Made by a program: the position numbers and the translations under genes. A DNA stretch of 55,450 nt, the filler included, from Sphacelaria rigidula (lineage: Eukaryota), in assembly GCA_964200075.2 (NCBI GenBank). It is 3 parts of 3 records of this genome, joined end to end, with 100 filler letters (N's around TTAATTAATTAA, not from the genome) between each part and the next. Parts side by side here need not be neighbours in the genome. Positions count along the whole stretch, not along the records: positions 37,038 to 55,450 come from CAXNAA020000864.1; 2 more parts are not named here. One strand, given 5' to 3'. The stretch's first letter is position 1. Each line of letters starts with the position of its first letter. The notes beneath the pieces were generated by a model. That model worked only from the letters and a program-made list of their open reading frames with translations, was not told the DNA's origin and searched no databases. Positions 37,763-51,088 of this stretch are shown here, in pieces.

Positions 37763-40700
37763 ATGCCCGCCTACTTGTATTCGTGCTCTGCGAAACGCAA
37801 TTGCGCGATGCGTGAATCGACTGAACTCCCCGGCTTGCGCCACCAGCTTCTGGCCTTGAAGAAGGAGAAGGAGGAGCTGCGCCAACGGTTGGCGCAAGAG
37901 GTAAGAGGGTAGATGGTGCTGGTTTCGCCGCGAGCGTGTGATGTCTGTACTCCTGGTACGGGGATGAGTATGCTTGCACACAATTCCACTACCGCAAACA
38001 CGGTGAATGTCCCGCTTATACTTACTGACTGTACCTGCAATGCACAAGCTAGAGATGGTATAATAGTTGCCCTTTTGCGTATGACTGGCGTTGAAAAATG
38101 GCGTGCCCTTGCACAATGAGACGTACGAAGCACCCAGCACAGCGTCCCAAAGTTGCGGAAACGCCGGGAGGTATAGCATCGACGACACAGGTGGCCATCG
38201 ACTGGTGATGAGTGCCGAGGGAAATAGGTAGCATGCGACTCGGCTTTGACTTGCTGAACGAATAAGACGCGAAGTTTTTCCCAGCACATCGATTCTAACA
38301 CTAGTAGATCAAGATCCTTTTGTGTCTTGTAATACTTTGTTGTAGCTGAAAGTAGCTGAGAAAGAGTGTCTCCTCTCGAGACGACCGAACTCGACTGGAT
38401 GGCGTGTTGTGTGTACACGCGCATGGACACGTGCTACAGTTGTAACCGTGCAACAAGATCTCGACTGCGAAATCGTCTTGGCCGCATGAACAATCTTGAT
38501 TTTCCCTCAAGACATGGAATCCATTAGGTGTGCGGCGCGTTGCTTGCGCGTCAGTTAGTACTGTAGCAAAGCAGCGCCGACCGCTAGCGATCGCGAGTTG
38601 CACGAGTTGTGACGAAGCGAAATACTGCCCACGCATCCGGTGCCACGTTGACGTCCCGGACCGCCAACACGGCGGATACCACGCCCCCATCATCCCTCCG
38701 CGCACACGCATATAATCACCGCCCACCAGTCATGCGTAGAACGACGTGAATACTAAGCTGGTGCAACCTCGGTATGCCGAGCATGTTTGAGTCGTGAAGT
38801 ACAAGCGGGAAGCGCTCACTACAGTCCGGTGAACGGAGGGGTCGAGCCGGTTGTTAGCCTGTATGTTCACGGTGACTTTGGGCGCACGTGCCGTTTCGTG
38901 TGTCCTCGATTCAGCGTGACCTCCGCGGAGGGGCGATGGCCCAACGAGACCCGGCGATCCAGGACGCCGCTGCGCGGCAAAAGCGGCTGGATGGAGGAGT
39001 CCTGGGCAACGTTGCTCCTACTACCCGTCCAGGTTTGCTTGCGGTAGCTGTGTAGTTTTCCCTCGCTGGAGTGACTGCCGGTGTAGACGGCCTGTGACCT
39101 TCGTCGCACCTTGTATCCCGTAGTCGTTTTGTGGAGACTGGTCACTACTCACTTGATTGTTCTGCTCTTGTCTTGACGGTCATGGTGCTGGGCAAGGGGT
39201 GTGTTCACCGTAGGGTATCATATCACGGTTAATCATGGTTGCGCTCCTCGCGCCGATTGTTTTGTTTTGGTCGTACTTGGGTTAGCCCATTCTCGAAATC
39301 CACACTGAGCAAGCTGGAAATCCCCGTACGCCGCCGCGCCTTGTTGCCAACCCGCGGACTCGTCGACCGAAGGTTGTATGGAGCGGCACCTTGCGAAGGT
39401 CAGGGAGGAGGAGGAGGAGGAGGAGGAGAACAAGAAGGTTGTACGGATGGAAAGTGCTATACTAAATATAGTAGTAGGGCGGTGCACAAGTGCAAAACGG
39501 GTTTGTGTGTGTTGTTCACAGTTTGGCGTGTCGGCCGCGTGTACCTCAGTTTCTGCACTGTCATGTTGATATGGACTTGTCCACAAGGGCAGCACAGGTG
39601 GCCGATACTTTTTTTATTAGGTGTGTTCGTTTGAGAGGTTGTGGCTTTCTGCATCGTCACGAGGCGCTCCAATAACGAGATGGCAGCCGCATATGTGCTG
39701 TGATGTTGTATGTCTCCTCGTCTCGTGAACGAAGTTGGAGTCAAGTTGACAGGATCCCTCATGTCCTCCCTTCCACCGCCCATCCTACCTGTGTTTACAA
39801 ACCTCGCATCGTACGCAGTGCGTCCGTAGTCTCCCGCCGCTGTTGTTGGGGAGAGGCGAATTTTTGACCAACGAAAGGCCTGGGATCGAAGACTGTGTTC
39901 CCTACTGCGGCAAGGTCGCCTTGATCACTCGTGCCGACGGAAACTGTCGGTTCTCGGCCGAGTTATACTCGGCGTTGGCCGTGGCCGTTCAAGAGCCAGA
40001 CCGCTTTATCAGCTTCTGGGGCAAATTGGCGGCGGTCAGGACAACATCTCCCTACGGGACCCTCGGTCCTGTGGAGAAGGTGACTCGTGTGGAGTGTGCA
40101 AGTAACGTCGTGGACTGTTTCGTGAGTTGTGTTTCCTGCGTGTTTAGCACCCGTTACGGTAGCCCTGCGAATACACGTGGTGCCTTCCCTGCCTGGTGGG
40201 CTTTCATTTCTTCCTTCACTCATTTGCTAGCGCTCCGATGGGCCATAGACACGGGACAGAAACACCGCCACCACAGGGGGCGTGGGGCGATCGGTGTAGA
40301 AGCAGCCGATCGGAGAAGTACCGAGAGCAGAGTAGTAGGTTCTCAAGTATTGCGAGACACCTCGAGCTGGAGCTAAGAGCTGATGAGACGGCAGATGGTG
40401 CTTGACGTTGTTCCCCCCTCCCCCCCTCCTTCCCCCAATGGCAAAACGGCTGAGTATTTTTACCGTGTCACGTGACACTTGAGTGTCCTTTCTTCGCCGC
40501 CCGCCGCCCGTCTGTTGCTGTCCATGACTGCGGAAACTCACGCACCGCCATCGCTGCCCTGATCCCGATCCCGTACGTCCCCAGGACCACGTGGAGGCGT
40601 TCTTGGGGTTTGCCAAGAGCCTTGGACTGTGGTGGAAGGGGTACCCAGGCTGCCACAAGGAGTGGCTGGGCCCGTGGCTCGCGGCCGAAGCTCTTTCGGT

Positions 40701-43357
40701 TCTCACTAATGAAGAGGAGGTCACTAGGTCGGCGGCGAGGCTCGACGCGAAGCTGGCCGGGGCGGTTGACGCAAACACGGCGCGACGGGCGAGAACTCGA
40801 TTCACCCAGACTGTCAAGACGGCGAGGTACGACAGTCTCCATAAAGGAGCTGTCCTCGTTGCCCGCATTTGCAGCATGTTGGGCTGCAACGGCGACGGGC
40901 GGGAGGCCAATGTGGTGAGAGAGGAAGCTAAGGTGGTGGTCGGTACACTTGTCTTGAAACTTGTCGAACTCGTCGAACTCATCGAAATGAGCGTGATGAG
41001 CGTAGAACGCGCTTGCGTGTGGACCACGTCCTGCACCTACATAGCAATGCTCCAGATCCAGTAGAATAGGACAAGACCAGGAGGAAAATCTCTCGACGCG
41101 TGTCGGCCTCTGCTGAGTTTCCGTTGCAAAACGTGGTCGCTCCTCGCGCCGAGAAACGCGTGCCCGCTCTCTGCTGTAGTTAGTTTCGAGTTCCGAGTTC
41201 CTAGTTTCGAGCTGGAAAGCCGTCCGTGTCTTCATTGTAGAGGAGCAAGTGTCCGTTTTGCGTGTACACCTTGCCCCGCTTCCGGTACACGCGTGATCAT
41301 GGCTCATCGGCGCCGGCAGTAGAGACAAGCCCCTTCCTCTCTCTCTCGTTGTCTTCGTCGAAGTGTCGACCCACCGATTCCGTTCGATTCTCACCCAATA
41401 CGTTACGACGAAGCAGTTGGGACGACCACCGGCACGGTCGGCCCACGTGGCCTCGCTGTCGTGTGCTCAGCTCTGCACACCGCGTGTATGTATGAATGTG
41501 ACTCCCACGTTTGGTGCCAGCTGCTGCTGAAGTGTACGGACTCACCCGTGATATCGTCTCTGTCCCCTGTGTAGTGTATGCTCCTACACTCGGGAAATTG
41601 GTTTGTTGCTCAGAATCTATCATTCATTCGTGGGCACGAAATAACGCAGGACGAAACACGGCGGGTCGGTGAGTTCTTTGCGTTCAGCGCGGAGTATTGG
41701 CTCCCGGGCCAGTCGCTGTCAGTCCCAATCCGATTCCTGAACGAACGCTTGATCGAGCGGGAGGGCCGCATCCTTCTCGCGGTGAGTGTGGTTGGTGCCG
41801 CGGGAAGCCACGTACTGTACTGTACTGTACTGTACTTGAACGCTTCGGACTGAAGCGTCGAGGCAACTAAATATAATACAGTACTTGCAGGTAGCAGCAC
41901 AGGCGTATGTTAGTACTTGTAGCGAAAGGAGTGTGTATCGCCGCCCTTGATGCTCCCTGTCACCACACTCAGCCTCTCACAACCTATCCCAACCTCTCGA
42001 CGAACACTAACAATGGCAGGATGTCACGAGCCCGGATGTCACGAATGGCGTTGACGTGGACAAGACCGTCAGCGTCTTCAAGCGGATGGGCCTGCACTTC
42101 GACATCCTGGTGGCGTCGGACTCGCGTCTCGGTGAGATGCTTACAGCCCGCCACGAGATCAAGCACCCGCCAAACTGGGACCCTTACGTTCGGGTGCTGA
42201 GGGAGATGGCGCGGGTGGACAAGGAGGTGATGCGTGGCAAAGTGTAGCTTAGGCTTGTAGGCGCATGCCCTGCATCGTGCTGTACAGTGCATACTTGGAG
42301 AGGACTTGGTAAAATTGTACTTGGTATTAATAGCGGAAACGGACAAACCGAGAGTCGACAGATGTATGTTGATGGTTGGACGTACATGAAGCACGTGCGG
42401 GCGAGCTGATTGTGTGGTGTCGTTGTTTCATATCCTTGGGGTGGGAAGGAAGGTAAGCAGCACTCGGTGATATATCCGTATAGGACGAGACAGTAGCGAG
42501 CGCTGCCTAAATGACCTTGCGCTTGCGCTTGCGTTCGCGCTGATCTGCGGTCGCACTCGCGCTCCACCAGGCCGATGGCGACGCGGAGTTTGCCGCAAGG
42601 CTCGCCGCGGAGCTCAATGACGATGTCGAGCACTGTGCAGAGCGCGAGGAGGAGTTGTTGGCGTCTTTCGCTCGAGGTAAGAAGATGACAGGCACCTTGT
42701 TGGCATGAAGCACTACTGTAGTGGCATGAGATCACTCGCATGGTAAACCTCAACCTTTGAACATACACGTAGCTTGAGCGAGTTTGCTTGCATTCAGTGT
42801 CCATCACGACTCTTCCAGTTTAACAGGGGAGCATCGCAGAAATCGACCCTCTCGTACGTTCCGCGAAGTTGGTGTTGGGAGGAGAACGTGCCTCACTTGA
42901 TTAGGCGTTTATTTCAAAGCGACACTAATGACGAATGACGAATGACAGAAACGACATAAGGGTTTATCCTGCACTGAGTTGGCCGGTTTTTCGTGACCGA
43001 CAGTGTTAGTCATGAACAAACTCGTGTCGAAGTTCCTGATTGTCGGTCCATGATGACGGGGAATGCTGGTATAATACGGGCCCGTGTTTTGTCATCCACG
43101 CAACATGGAATCGTGCCGTACGAAGAGCGCGACACACACACAGAACGTGGGATTGAAGTAGAACGCTGCGCACAACCTTTCAATATTCCACTGAATCAGG
43201 ACACGAGAGGAGGAGTACACCGCCGGGGGACACTGGTGGGAGTGGGAGGATAGAGAGGGAGGCGGCGGAGACCAAGGCTGGGGGGTCCACAAAGAAGGGT
43301 GGAGGGGGACGGGGACGGGGACAAGGACAAGGAAAAAGGGCCAAGCGGCGAAAGTGA
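37763..43357 (+). CDS. Uncharacterised multi-exon protein (coiled coil, poly-Glu run, MIU-like motif, basic C-terminal tail)
   Basis: In-phase exons: ~37763-37900, 38915-39032, ~39310-39438, 39819-40079, 40585-40826, 41688-41781, 42020-42226, 42571-42676, 43200-43357 (TGA). Codons are GC3-rich with canonical donors. The 5' end and the exon 3 acceptor are uncertain. An alternative stop lies at 42247 if the 42227 donor is not used. Confidence 0.65.
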
Positions 43358-46300
43358 AGGCCACGAAGATGCAGTTCAGTCAGGTACTGGGGATGTTGGA
43401 CATAGCTTGGTGCCATTCGGTTGTCGCGTGCGCCGAGCTCCCCATTTCACGTGTCCTTCACTCCGCAAACGTGGAATGGCTCGTACAATGTGTTGGGCCC
43501 CCGTACCCGCTGCGACTCAATACTAGCTACGGGATCGACATGTATGAATGTATCTATGTTTGTATGTGCTAGTACTGTTTTGCCGCACAGTTCATTTCAC
43601 CAGTGGTGCTGGACGTACGTTACCGGCGTTGGCTTTGTTTCGTTGCACCGGCGCCGGCAAACAGACACGAGAATGCATGGCGGCGTAATCGGAGCCCTGT
43701 AGTGTAACATGAGTGTGAAACGGCTTTTGGTCTTATTCCCTGTTACATTCCCCGTAAACGCCGCTTGTGCTGCTTTTCTTACTCGCGTTCTTGGCCTCTA
43801 TTTCTTGTCAGGGAGAAGCACTGCGAAGGATGGGATCCGCCTGCACGGAAGAATGCCAGAAGAATCGGGGAGGCGCAAGAGAGCATTCTCACCGTCATCC
43901 GCTCTGCAGTGGACGATTAGTGGCTGAAGATCCTCCCGTTGTAGTTGTTGCGGAGTGCGTGTGAGTTGATATTGATGTTGATGTTGGACTGGGGGAGGGG
44001 CGGCGTTACTTTTCTACAGACAGCTGCTGTCATTCTTGACTAGGTAGAAGGGGGCGTCGACGTCTGTAGAAGAGAGTCAATGAGAAACGTGCGAAGGGTA
44101 CTGTAGGCTTTTGTATCGTAGCGTATAGTCCTTCATGTCTTGACATCATCTAGCGTGCATCTTGATATTGGTACATGCACCACGCCCCTCGAGTCCTTGA
44201 TGCATGCGGCTAGACGGCCTCCCCGGGCCTCCCCAGGATTGAGTCAGGAGGGGAAAGCGGCGTGCAGTACTCGCAGCTATCTGAATGAAGTGGTGTATGT
44301 TGTTTTACTCAGCTTAGCTGGATGAACTGGCTTCCGCGTGGTGTAGTGTTCTAGAGTGCTTGCGAGTTCATGTCGGAACGGGGGGACGAAATTTAGGAGA
44401 ATAGTGCTGGGTTTCTTGTCCAGGAGCTACTGTAGTAGCTGGTCAGGAAGAGGCGGCAGAGTCTGTCGGAGGGGGTGACAAAGAGACAGTCACGAGGCCC
44501 ACGAGCGGTGAATCTTCTGACATTGCACCGTAACATGCATGGTCATGCTCACATCCCTTGAGCTTGGCTGGAGTGTGGAGTGTGTTGCATAGGTGAGGTT
44601 CATGAGGACACGCGGAAGGCGACAAGGGGAGATCTCGAAGCGTGGTAAGCCCCCCCTCCCTGGTATTGATGTGTCCGGGCGTAACTCAAGTCGAAAAATG
44701 ATGGCGCGAGGCGGTGAGATCGATGGCCGTACCCGCGCTAGGCCGATTCTTCATTTTTCTGGCAGATTTGCCGTCACTGGGTTGTGATTTCGCCGTCCTG
44801 TCGGTGCAAGAGTGGACGGAGTATAATGGGTATCAAGGGATGTTTTTCTTCATACAGTACGACGTATAGCAAGTCAATTTGTGCTCGGGAGGTGAGGAGT
44901 TCTTAGTAAGGAGGGTGTGCAGACGTCCTCCATCTGTTCCGCTCCGGAAGAAGTGCTCCTCCCTGAAGATAGATGCCTTTTTTTTTATTCCCATGAAGTC
45001 GCGCATAGCTAGCTCATAACTCTTGTGATGGCGCACGGTCATTTGGCATGAGTGGAAAGCGCCCCGGTGAGGGAGTGGTCCGCCTGCCGCCATTAGGGTG
45101 GGTAGAACCTAGGGTCGATCCTCGTAAGAGAATGGGGGAAGATTATCGGGGGTTTCTAGTGTGTTGGACCCTGGGCCCACACTTGCCTTGAGCAAAGCTT
45201 CCGAACGCTCGAGGCACCTACCCCACATACATGACTGTTGCGAGGTGGTCTAGCCAAGCCTCCGGGCGATCGGCACACGATCCCGCTTGCGTGGTAAGTG
45301 TTGGATGAGGTTTCCTCCTTTGTTCAAAGGAAAAACAAAGAAAGACTTGGGTTCGATTCCCTCCAGATGCATTTTCTTGTATTAACCCTGTTGACCAAAA
45401 TGTTTTTGTTTTTCGTGCGGAAACGAAAAGCGGAGATCGAAATCGTTGGGTATGAACGTGGAACTTCACAAATTGCTGATCCATTGCTTTGATAATGAGC
45501 GAGGGCATGTGTCACGACCGGAAGTGTATTTGCATTTGCATTTCGGAAATACTTCGATCCTTGTTATTCTGAAGGTCCATCCGAAAGAAAAGTCATATAC
45601 TTCCTCGATTTGTAAAATCCCGTGTATGAAGCTAAACGATGTAATCCACTCAAATGTTTGAGAGTTCAAACCTGTAATTTTGAGGATGTTGCATATTCGA
45701 CAATCTGGAGGTCATCACCAGTCGACTTAGTGTTTTTCCCTTCATATTTTAGGGGTAAGGGTGTTTTTTTTCTCCGTAGATTCGGTCAGCCAGGTGAACC
45801 TGAATCCCGGTAACAAGAAGAAACATCCTACCTTTCTTGGAACGGCCTGAGACGCTTAACCACGTTTTCGTGAGAATGAAAGTAGAGCGTTGATCAAGAG
45901 TGCTTTGATCATTCGCTTCGACTTGGCCAATTCTGTATTCCGTCTGTACTTTTCTTCGCTTCCATCTTTGGCGTCTTCTCAGAACTATATACACATCGAT
46001 ATCCTGCTCAGGAATATCAAGGGACTGGGTGATATGCTAAAATACAGGAAGCATATCGTCCCTCGTGGAGGGGCGTTCTGGAATTGAAACGACTCATTCT
46101 CTAATTGACCGTTTTTTGTCGTTTGTCAAGTGGATCTACGGTAGTGGTTGCACCATTTTCCCTGAGGCTTTGCACACAGGGAGACTATTGATGACAAACA
46201 TCTGGGCTCTGGTGTGCAAACTCAGAGAACGTTCAGACTTAAAACTGCACGCCTTTCACAGTAGAATCACTGTATGCGAAAAAGCTCTCGTTTTCATAAT

Positions 46301-46941
46301 GTTTCTCTCCATTTTTACAAGTTTTCCGGGGTGAGAAAAAAATATTGTCACGGAAGATGACAAGTTAACGCTGGCGCTGTGATGCTGGAGCTGGTTCGGT
46401 GGTTTAGTGACTGACAGTCTCAGAGAGAGTGGGTCCCCTGTTGGGACCAGACAGCTAGCAAGCTGCCGGTCGTCGGGAACAGTCGTCGTGAGCACTGCCA
46501 GTAGGCAGTCAAATTTTACGGAGTCAAAAACGTCAAGAGCGTGCTCGACAAATAAATCGATTCCTGCATAATATAAGGAATACGATAATAGTGACATGAC
46601 CGTATGCCATCGTGAGAAAAGTGGGACCACCGCTGGCTCAAAGAAATAACGGTCTCCGAAACCGACACGTTTTTGTAAAGTGGCACACCGTGAACAAACA
46701 CGTGTCATTCTGAACTCAAACTGTACAAAATGGCGTTTTATTTTAATCTGAAACATTTCTCAAGATCGAAGTGAGTTGATGGCCCTTTTAACCCGCCACC
46801 TCGAAGAAGCGAGGTCGCTGTCGGAAGAAAACACTTTTTTCGTGAAATTGAGACTAGAGCGCTGATCGAGAGTGGGTTCCATCATTCGCGTTAACTGGCC
46901 ATTGTTTTATTCCGTCTGTGCTTTTCTTTTGGGTGATGCTA

Positions 46942-47180
46942 CGGTAGGGGTCCACAAATATTTTCTGAGGTTAGAATTGTTAGGAGTCCTTTATCTCGTC
47001 CAAAACACGACATATGAAAATATGCGAGAGTACGCCAGGATCACTATTCCAATGTGCTGGGGATATCCCGAATGAATCTGCAAACGAACGGGGATGCCCT
47101 GACCCATATTCTTGTGCGTCTAAAATAGATAGGAGCCCCTGAACCAGACGAAATTCCGCGAAAAAAGTGCACCCCTACCG
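46942..47180. mobile_element. TA-flanked (Tc1/mariner-like) MITE nested in the 46830-47397 element
   Basis: TA|cggtaggggtccac...gtgcacccctaccg|TA. Removing it leaves a host copy of about 330 bp, close to the ~285-bp uninterrupted copy. Confidence 0.75.
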
Positions 47181-47821
47181 TAGCATTGCTCTTTTCCTGG
47201 ATGACTCGTGTGCACTTACAGCTACACGTAGATATCCCACTCATGAAAATCAAGGGCTTCGGTGGTAAGCTACTACGGAAAGCATATATATCGGGCCTCG
47301 TGGAGGAACATTTCGGAACTCAATCGCTTCATTCACAAATTGACCGCTTCTCAATCTCAATCGTATCCTCTACTCTCAATCTCACGAAAGCGTTGTTGGA
47401 AGCAGTTGTACCCATCGCCCATGCCATCTCCGAGAACGCTTGATCTCAAAGTTCGAGGATCGGGAGATTCTAGGCATCCGCTCCACATTTCCAAACAAGA
47501 GCCATTCACGTTCAATATTGAACGACTTACGGATTGAATTGACAGGGGGTGTCATCGGGCATTTCGGGTTCAAACCACATTTCCGTGTGGCCTGAGCGAA
47601 ATGAACATGTGAAACAAAAAATGAGGGTCTGCAAAATTATTCACGAGAGCGATCGGGATTAATCCCCCCCCCTCCGTCTCGAAAGGGATGCGTGGTCAAT
47701 GGTCAAATGACTAAGGCAAGCAACAAATGAGTACGCCCCCCCGCCTGTGCTAACATTAGAGCTCGGTCGGGCAATTGCGCAGTCGTTGGGAAATTTTCCG
47801 AAGTATCCTGTATACACAAAA

Positions 47822-48265
47822 CACTAAATTCGTGAGATTCAGAACGTAGTTTCAGATTCAGAGTCAGACCCATAACAATTGACTTTCCCGTATACACCCA
47901 GTTCGAGGAGTAATGCGCCCAGCTGGTGAAGCGATGGCTTCAATGGAAGCTGTCACCTACATGATCAATTTGATGCATGACTTGATCGCAACGACGTAGT
48001 CAGTCCATTGCGACAAAAGATCCCCTCTTTCAGGAAAAACCGATTGATTAGTGCCTGAAACAGTTTCGAAATGCCCCCCAGGCGTACAAAATCTTTGTGC
48101 GGTATCTCACCAACCAGACCGCCGAATTCCTCGAATGGGGTACTTTACGGTAGCTGCATGCACAGGACGTCTGCTCAAGCAAAAAAAAAAAAAAAATGCC
48201 CGTTAGGAACGCTAGAGCATCCACTCTGAATCTGAAACTACGTTCTGAATCTCACGAATATAGTG
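47822..48265. mobile_element. 444-bp element with 43-bp TIRs and CACTA...TAGTG ends
   Basis: cacta(a/t)attcgtgagattcagaacgtagtttcagattcagagt occurs at both ends with one mismatch; no clear TSD. Confidence 0.8.
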
Positions 48266-49082
48266 TTACAAGTAGTATTCTTCCTTCGTACTCGAAAGTC
48301 CCAGCGTCGATAAATATCCGGAAAATATGTAGGTGGTGTGCTCAGGAAACAATAGTTACTTTGGGGTATCGGCGTGATAAAGAGTAAGGACGAGTTCATC
48401 GCGGGGTGTTACCGGCAGTCACCGATCCAAAAAACACAATATCTCAGGTTCAGGCTTGCAAGGGTCTGTCGAGAGATAATTTTTGGACATGGAGCCCCCC
48501 CCCCCTCCCGGAAGGCGACTTTTCGAAATTGTCATGATTTTCGAGTTTTTTTTTGTGATGTTTTTCTTGGAATTATGAAAAGAAGTTGATCAACAAACAC
48601 TGACAAGAACCGAAAAATATGGCGGGTTTTGCGAGGTTTGTTTCTTAGCTTCTGCTCCTTGCCCGCCCTGTGCCGATGACCTCGGATGCCAGCAACACTC
48701 ACACACATCTCAATATAATATACACGCGCGCACGGTAGCGACAGCCAGTAGCCAAAGTAGCAACACTGTCTCACGCCTCGCCAAATTTGCCCGGGCTACT
48801 AGTGGTAGGTAGTCGAGGCACACGACGCGGAACATGATCCCATAAATGTAACCATGGTAGGTGATGAACTTGGAGGGGCGGTGTGTCCACCGTCATCTCA
48901 GCGGTCTCCATACTAAGGATCTCTGTACACTGTACACGGCAGCTGATCGTATCCGCCAACGCGTCGACAATAAACGAGGGGACAGCAGGCTGGGTGTTCC
49001 CCTCCCCCCCGCCTCAAAACTCGAATTTTCGATCTCGGGGCCCACGTGTCCCGAAATATATCCTTGACAGACCCTTGGTTTA

Positions 49083-49723
49083 GGCCACTTCAATTGGAGC
49101 CGTTCAAAATTACTGTCGAAAACTGCCTCTTGGGCCCTTTTCCGTCGACTCACGTCCGAAAAGAGGGCTAGGTGGATGTTGACGCCCTGGAATTACTTGC
49201 TCTACTCGTTGAGGCTGTTCTAGGGCAACTGTGCATTTCCCGCTTGCCGCAGTTTAGTTTTGGCCAAACCAGGCCAAACACAGATTTTCAATAAAGAACG
49301 ATCTGGTGATCAACATTCCCCCCTGTTTCTTGATCGCACGACCGTTTTTTATTGAAAATCCGTGTTTGGCCAACAACAAATTTGCTGCCAGTGGGAAATG
49401 CAAAGTTGCACGGTTAGGACAAATCATCACGACTCAAAATCACCAAATTCACGATTTCTTCGGCCTGATTGCCCANNNNNNNNNNAAGGCTAGGGATTGA
49501 CTCGTCACGAGTCGACTCATTATACTAAAACCAAGTAATTTTCAGACGAATAATTATTTGTCTGACCCTTGCAAAGTTGCCCTGAAACGGTCTAAATGAG
49601 TAGAGCAAGTCATTCCAAGGCGTCAACAGCTGCCTAGCCCTCTTTTCGGGCGTAAAACGACGGAGAAGGGCCAAAAAGGCAATTTTCGACTGGAATTTTG
49701 ACCGGCTCCCATTAGAGTCGGTC
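49083..49723. mobile_element. PIF/Harbinger-like foldback element with ~150-bp imperfect TIRs and an inner palindromic insert (49232-49402)
   Basis: 49083-49235 is the inverted homolog of 49570-49723 and the flanks are TTA/TAA. The core segment recurs at ~35858-36112 and ~53879-54135. Confidence 0.65.
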
Positions 49724-49726
49724 TAA

Positions 49727-49902
49727 GGCCAACTCTTATGGGAGCGTTTGGAATTTTATTTTGCAATAATATTAAACGACTTTTTTTTTCTTCGTCTTAG
49801 TTGTGTATTTTGTACCCGTTCACCATGATGACAAAGAAGAGAAAAAAACTCCTCTGAATTTGTTGCAAAATAAATTTGCAAACGCTCCCATGAGAGTTGG
49901 CC
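49727..49902. mobile_element. PIF/Harbinger-like MITE
   Basis: TAA|ggccaactc...gagttggcc|TTA with ~42-bp TIRs; shares its TAA with the neighbouring element. Confidence 0.8.
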
Positions 49903-50551
49903 TTAGCGCGACGAAACTATATAAATCCAAACGACTACTCTGAAAATTTGCTCACGAGAACGATCGGGATTGCTGCAATCGAGCAATAACACCCAACGGT
50001 CAGAACCTGGGGCTGGGTAGTCGCAGGACCCCCGCGGACACGTCAGCCCGTAAGTCGTTGGACATTGAGTGCAGATTTGATGTTTGTTTCGGGATATGGA
50101 GCGGATGCCTAGTATTTCTCGATCCCCAAACTTTGATCAAACGTTCACTGGGATGACCGGTAAAACGCGAAAAAACTACTGAAAATCGCCAACTACAGCT
50201 CAGTGACAAAACTCCCGTGGTTCACCTGGAAACAAATGTAACCCACCGATCACCCAAGGCATGCATGCGCTTGAACGAACTGCACGCCTCTCGGGAGAAA
50301 ACCTCCCTTATGGCCAACCCTACGGATACCACTTACAGAACGGCACGTCACAGTAGCTGATGATACATATTATACTAATTGCTAGCTTTGCTTTCCAGCG
50401 ACCATCCATAGAGAGTTCCACCTGTCCTTCGGTATCTGATCTCCACCAGGACCCCTTCCAGGGGATCTCCGTTTCTAGCCACTGGTGACATTTTGAGACA
50501 ATGAGACTTTGACCCTTAGACCGCGAACGGAAGGAGACTGACATTCATCAG

Positions 50552-50761
50552 ACGAACGCGATGCTGTTTCAAGAGATGGACTACGCTACCTTCGCGCCGG
50601 GGGGGCTTTCCAATACAGTGGCGAAGAACTCTCAACAAGTGGCTTCTTCTCGTGTGGAGCTTCGGTACCGGAACGGCTTTGAAGGCTCAGAATATCTCTA
50701 TGCAGTCGACGGAGCTGAGCACCTACTCATCTATCTCTATGTATATCTTGAGGCAGAAAGT
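50552..50761 (+). pseudogene. Isolated exon-like segment resembling an MRG domain fragment
   Basis: An AG...GTACGT-bounded 210-nt open frame contains RVELRY...YAVDGAEHLLIYLYVYL, similar to the MRG motif YGAEHLLRLFVKL. No partner exons were identified. Confidence 0.3.
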
Positions 50762-51088
50762 GTACGTATGAATCTTATTCAAACGGCGTGGTCCTTCCTC
50801 CCCCCCACGTGCCCCACACAAAAACACAAGCAACCGTAGTAGTCCCTTTTTGACCGCATGTCTCTGTAACTCCACGGGAAACACGGTTGATCCCTGCGAG
50901 CAGTGCGCCCCTCATCGGTGACCTGCGCCGGATGGGGGGCAGTCTTGCTCTTTTGTTCACGCCAACGACGGGTACTGCGCACGTATGGACATGGACACAC
51001 AACAGACTATCATCGAGCATGCTCCTGATGCTGTAGCGAACGTTGTCTCGAGCACTGCACGACGCGCATGTCCTCTCCGCATTCCCCT

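Noticed and set aside
40227..41394. Longest ORFs in the track (269 and 308 aa, minus strand)
   Set aside because: They are antisense shadows of GC-rich plus-strand exons and lack motifs.
44100..45220. LINE ORF2 remnant on the minus strand
   Set aside because: The composition is suggestive, but no RT or endonuclease motif could be read, so it is not supportable without a search.
45240..45372. tRNA-like segment ending gggttcgattccctccagatgca
   Set aside because: Only a B-box-like end is recognisable and no cloverleaf forms; at most a relic.
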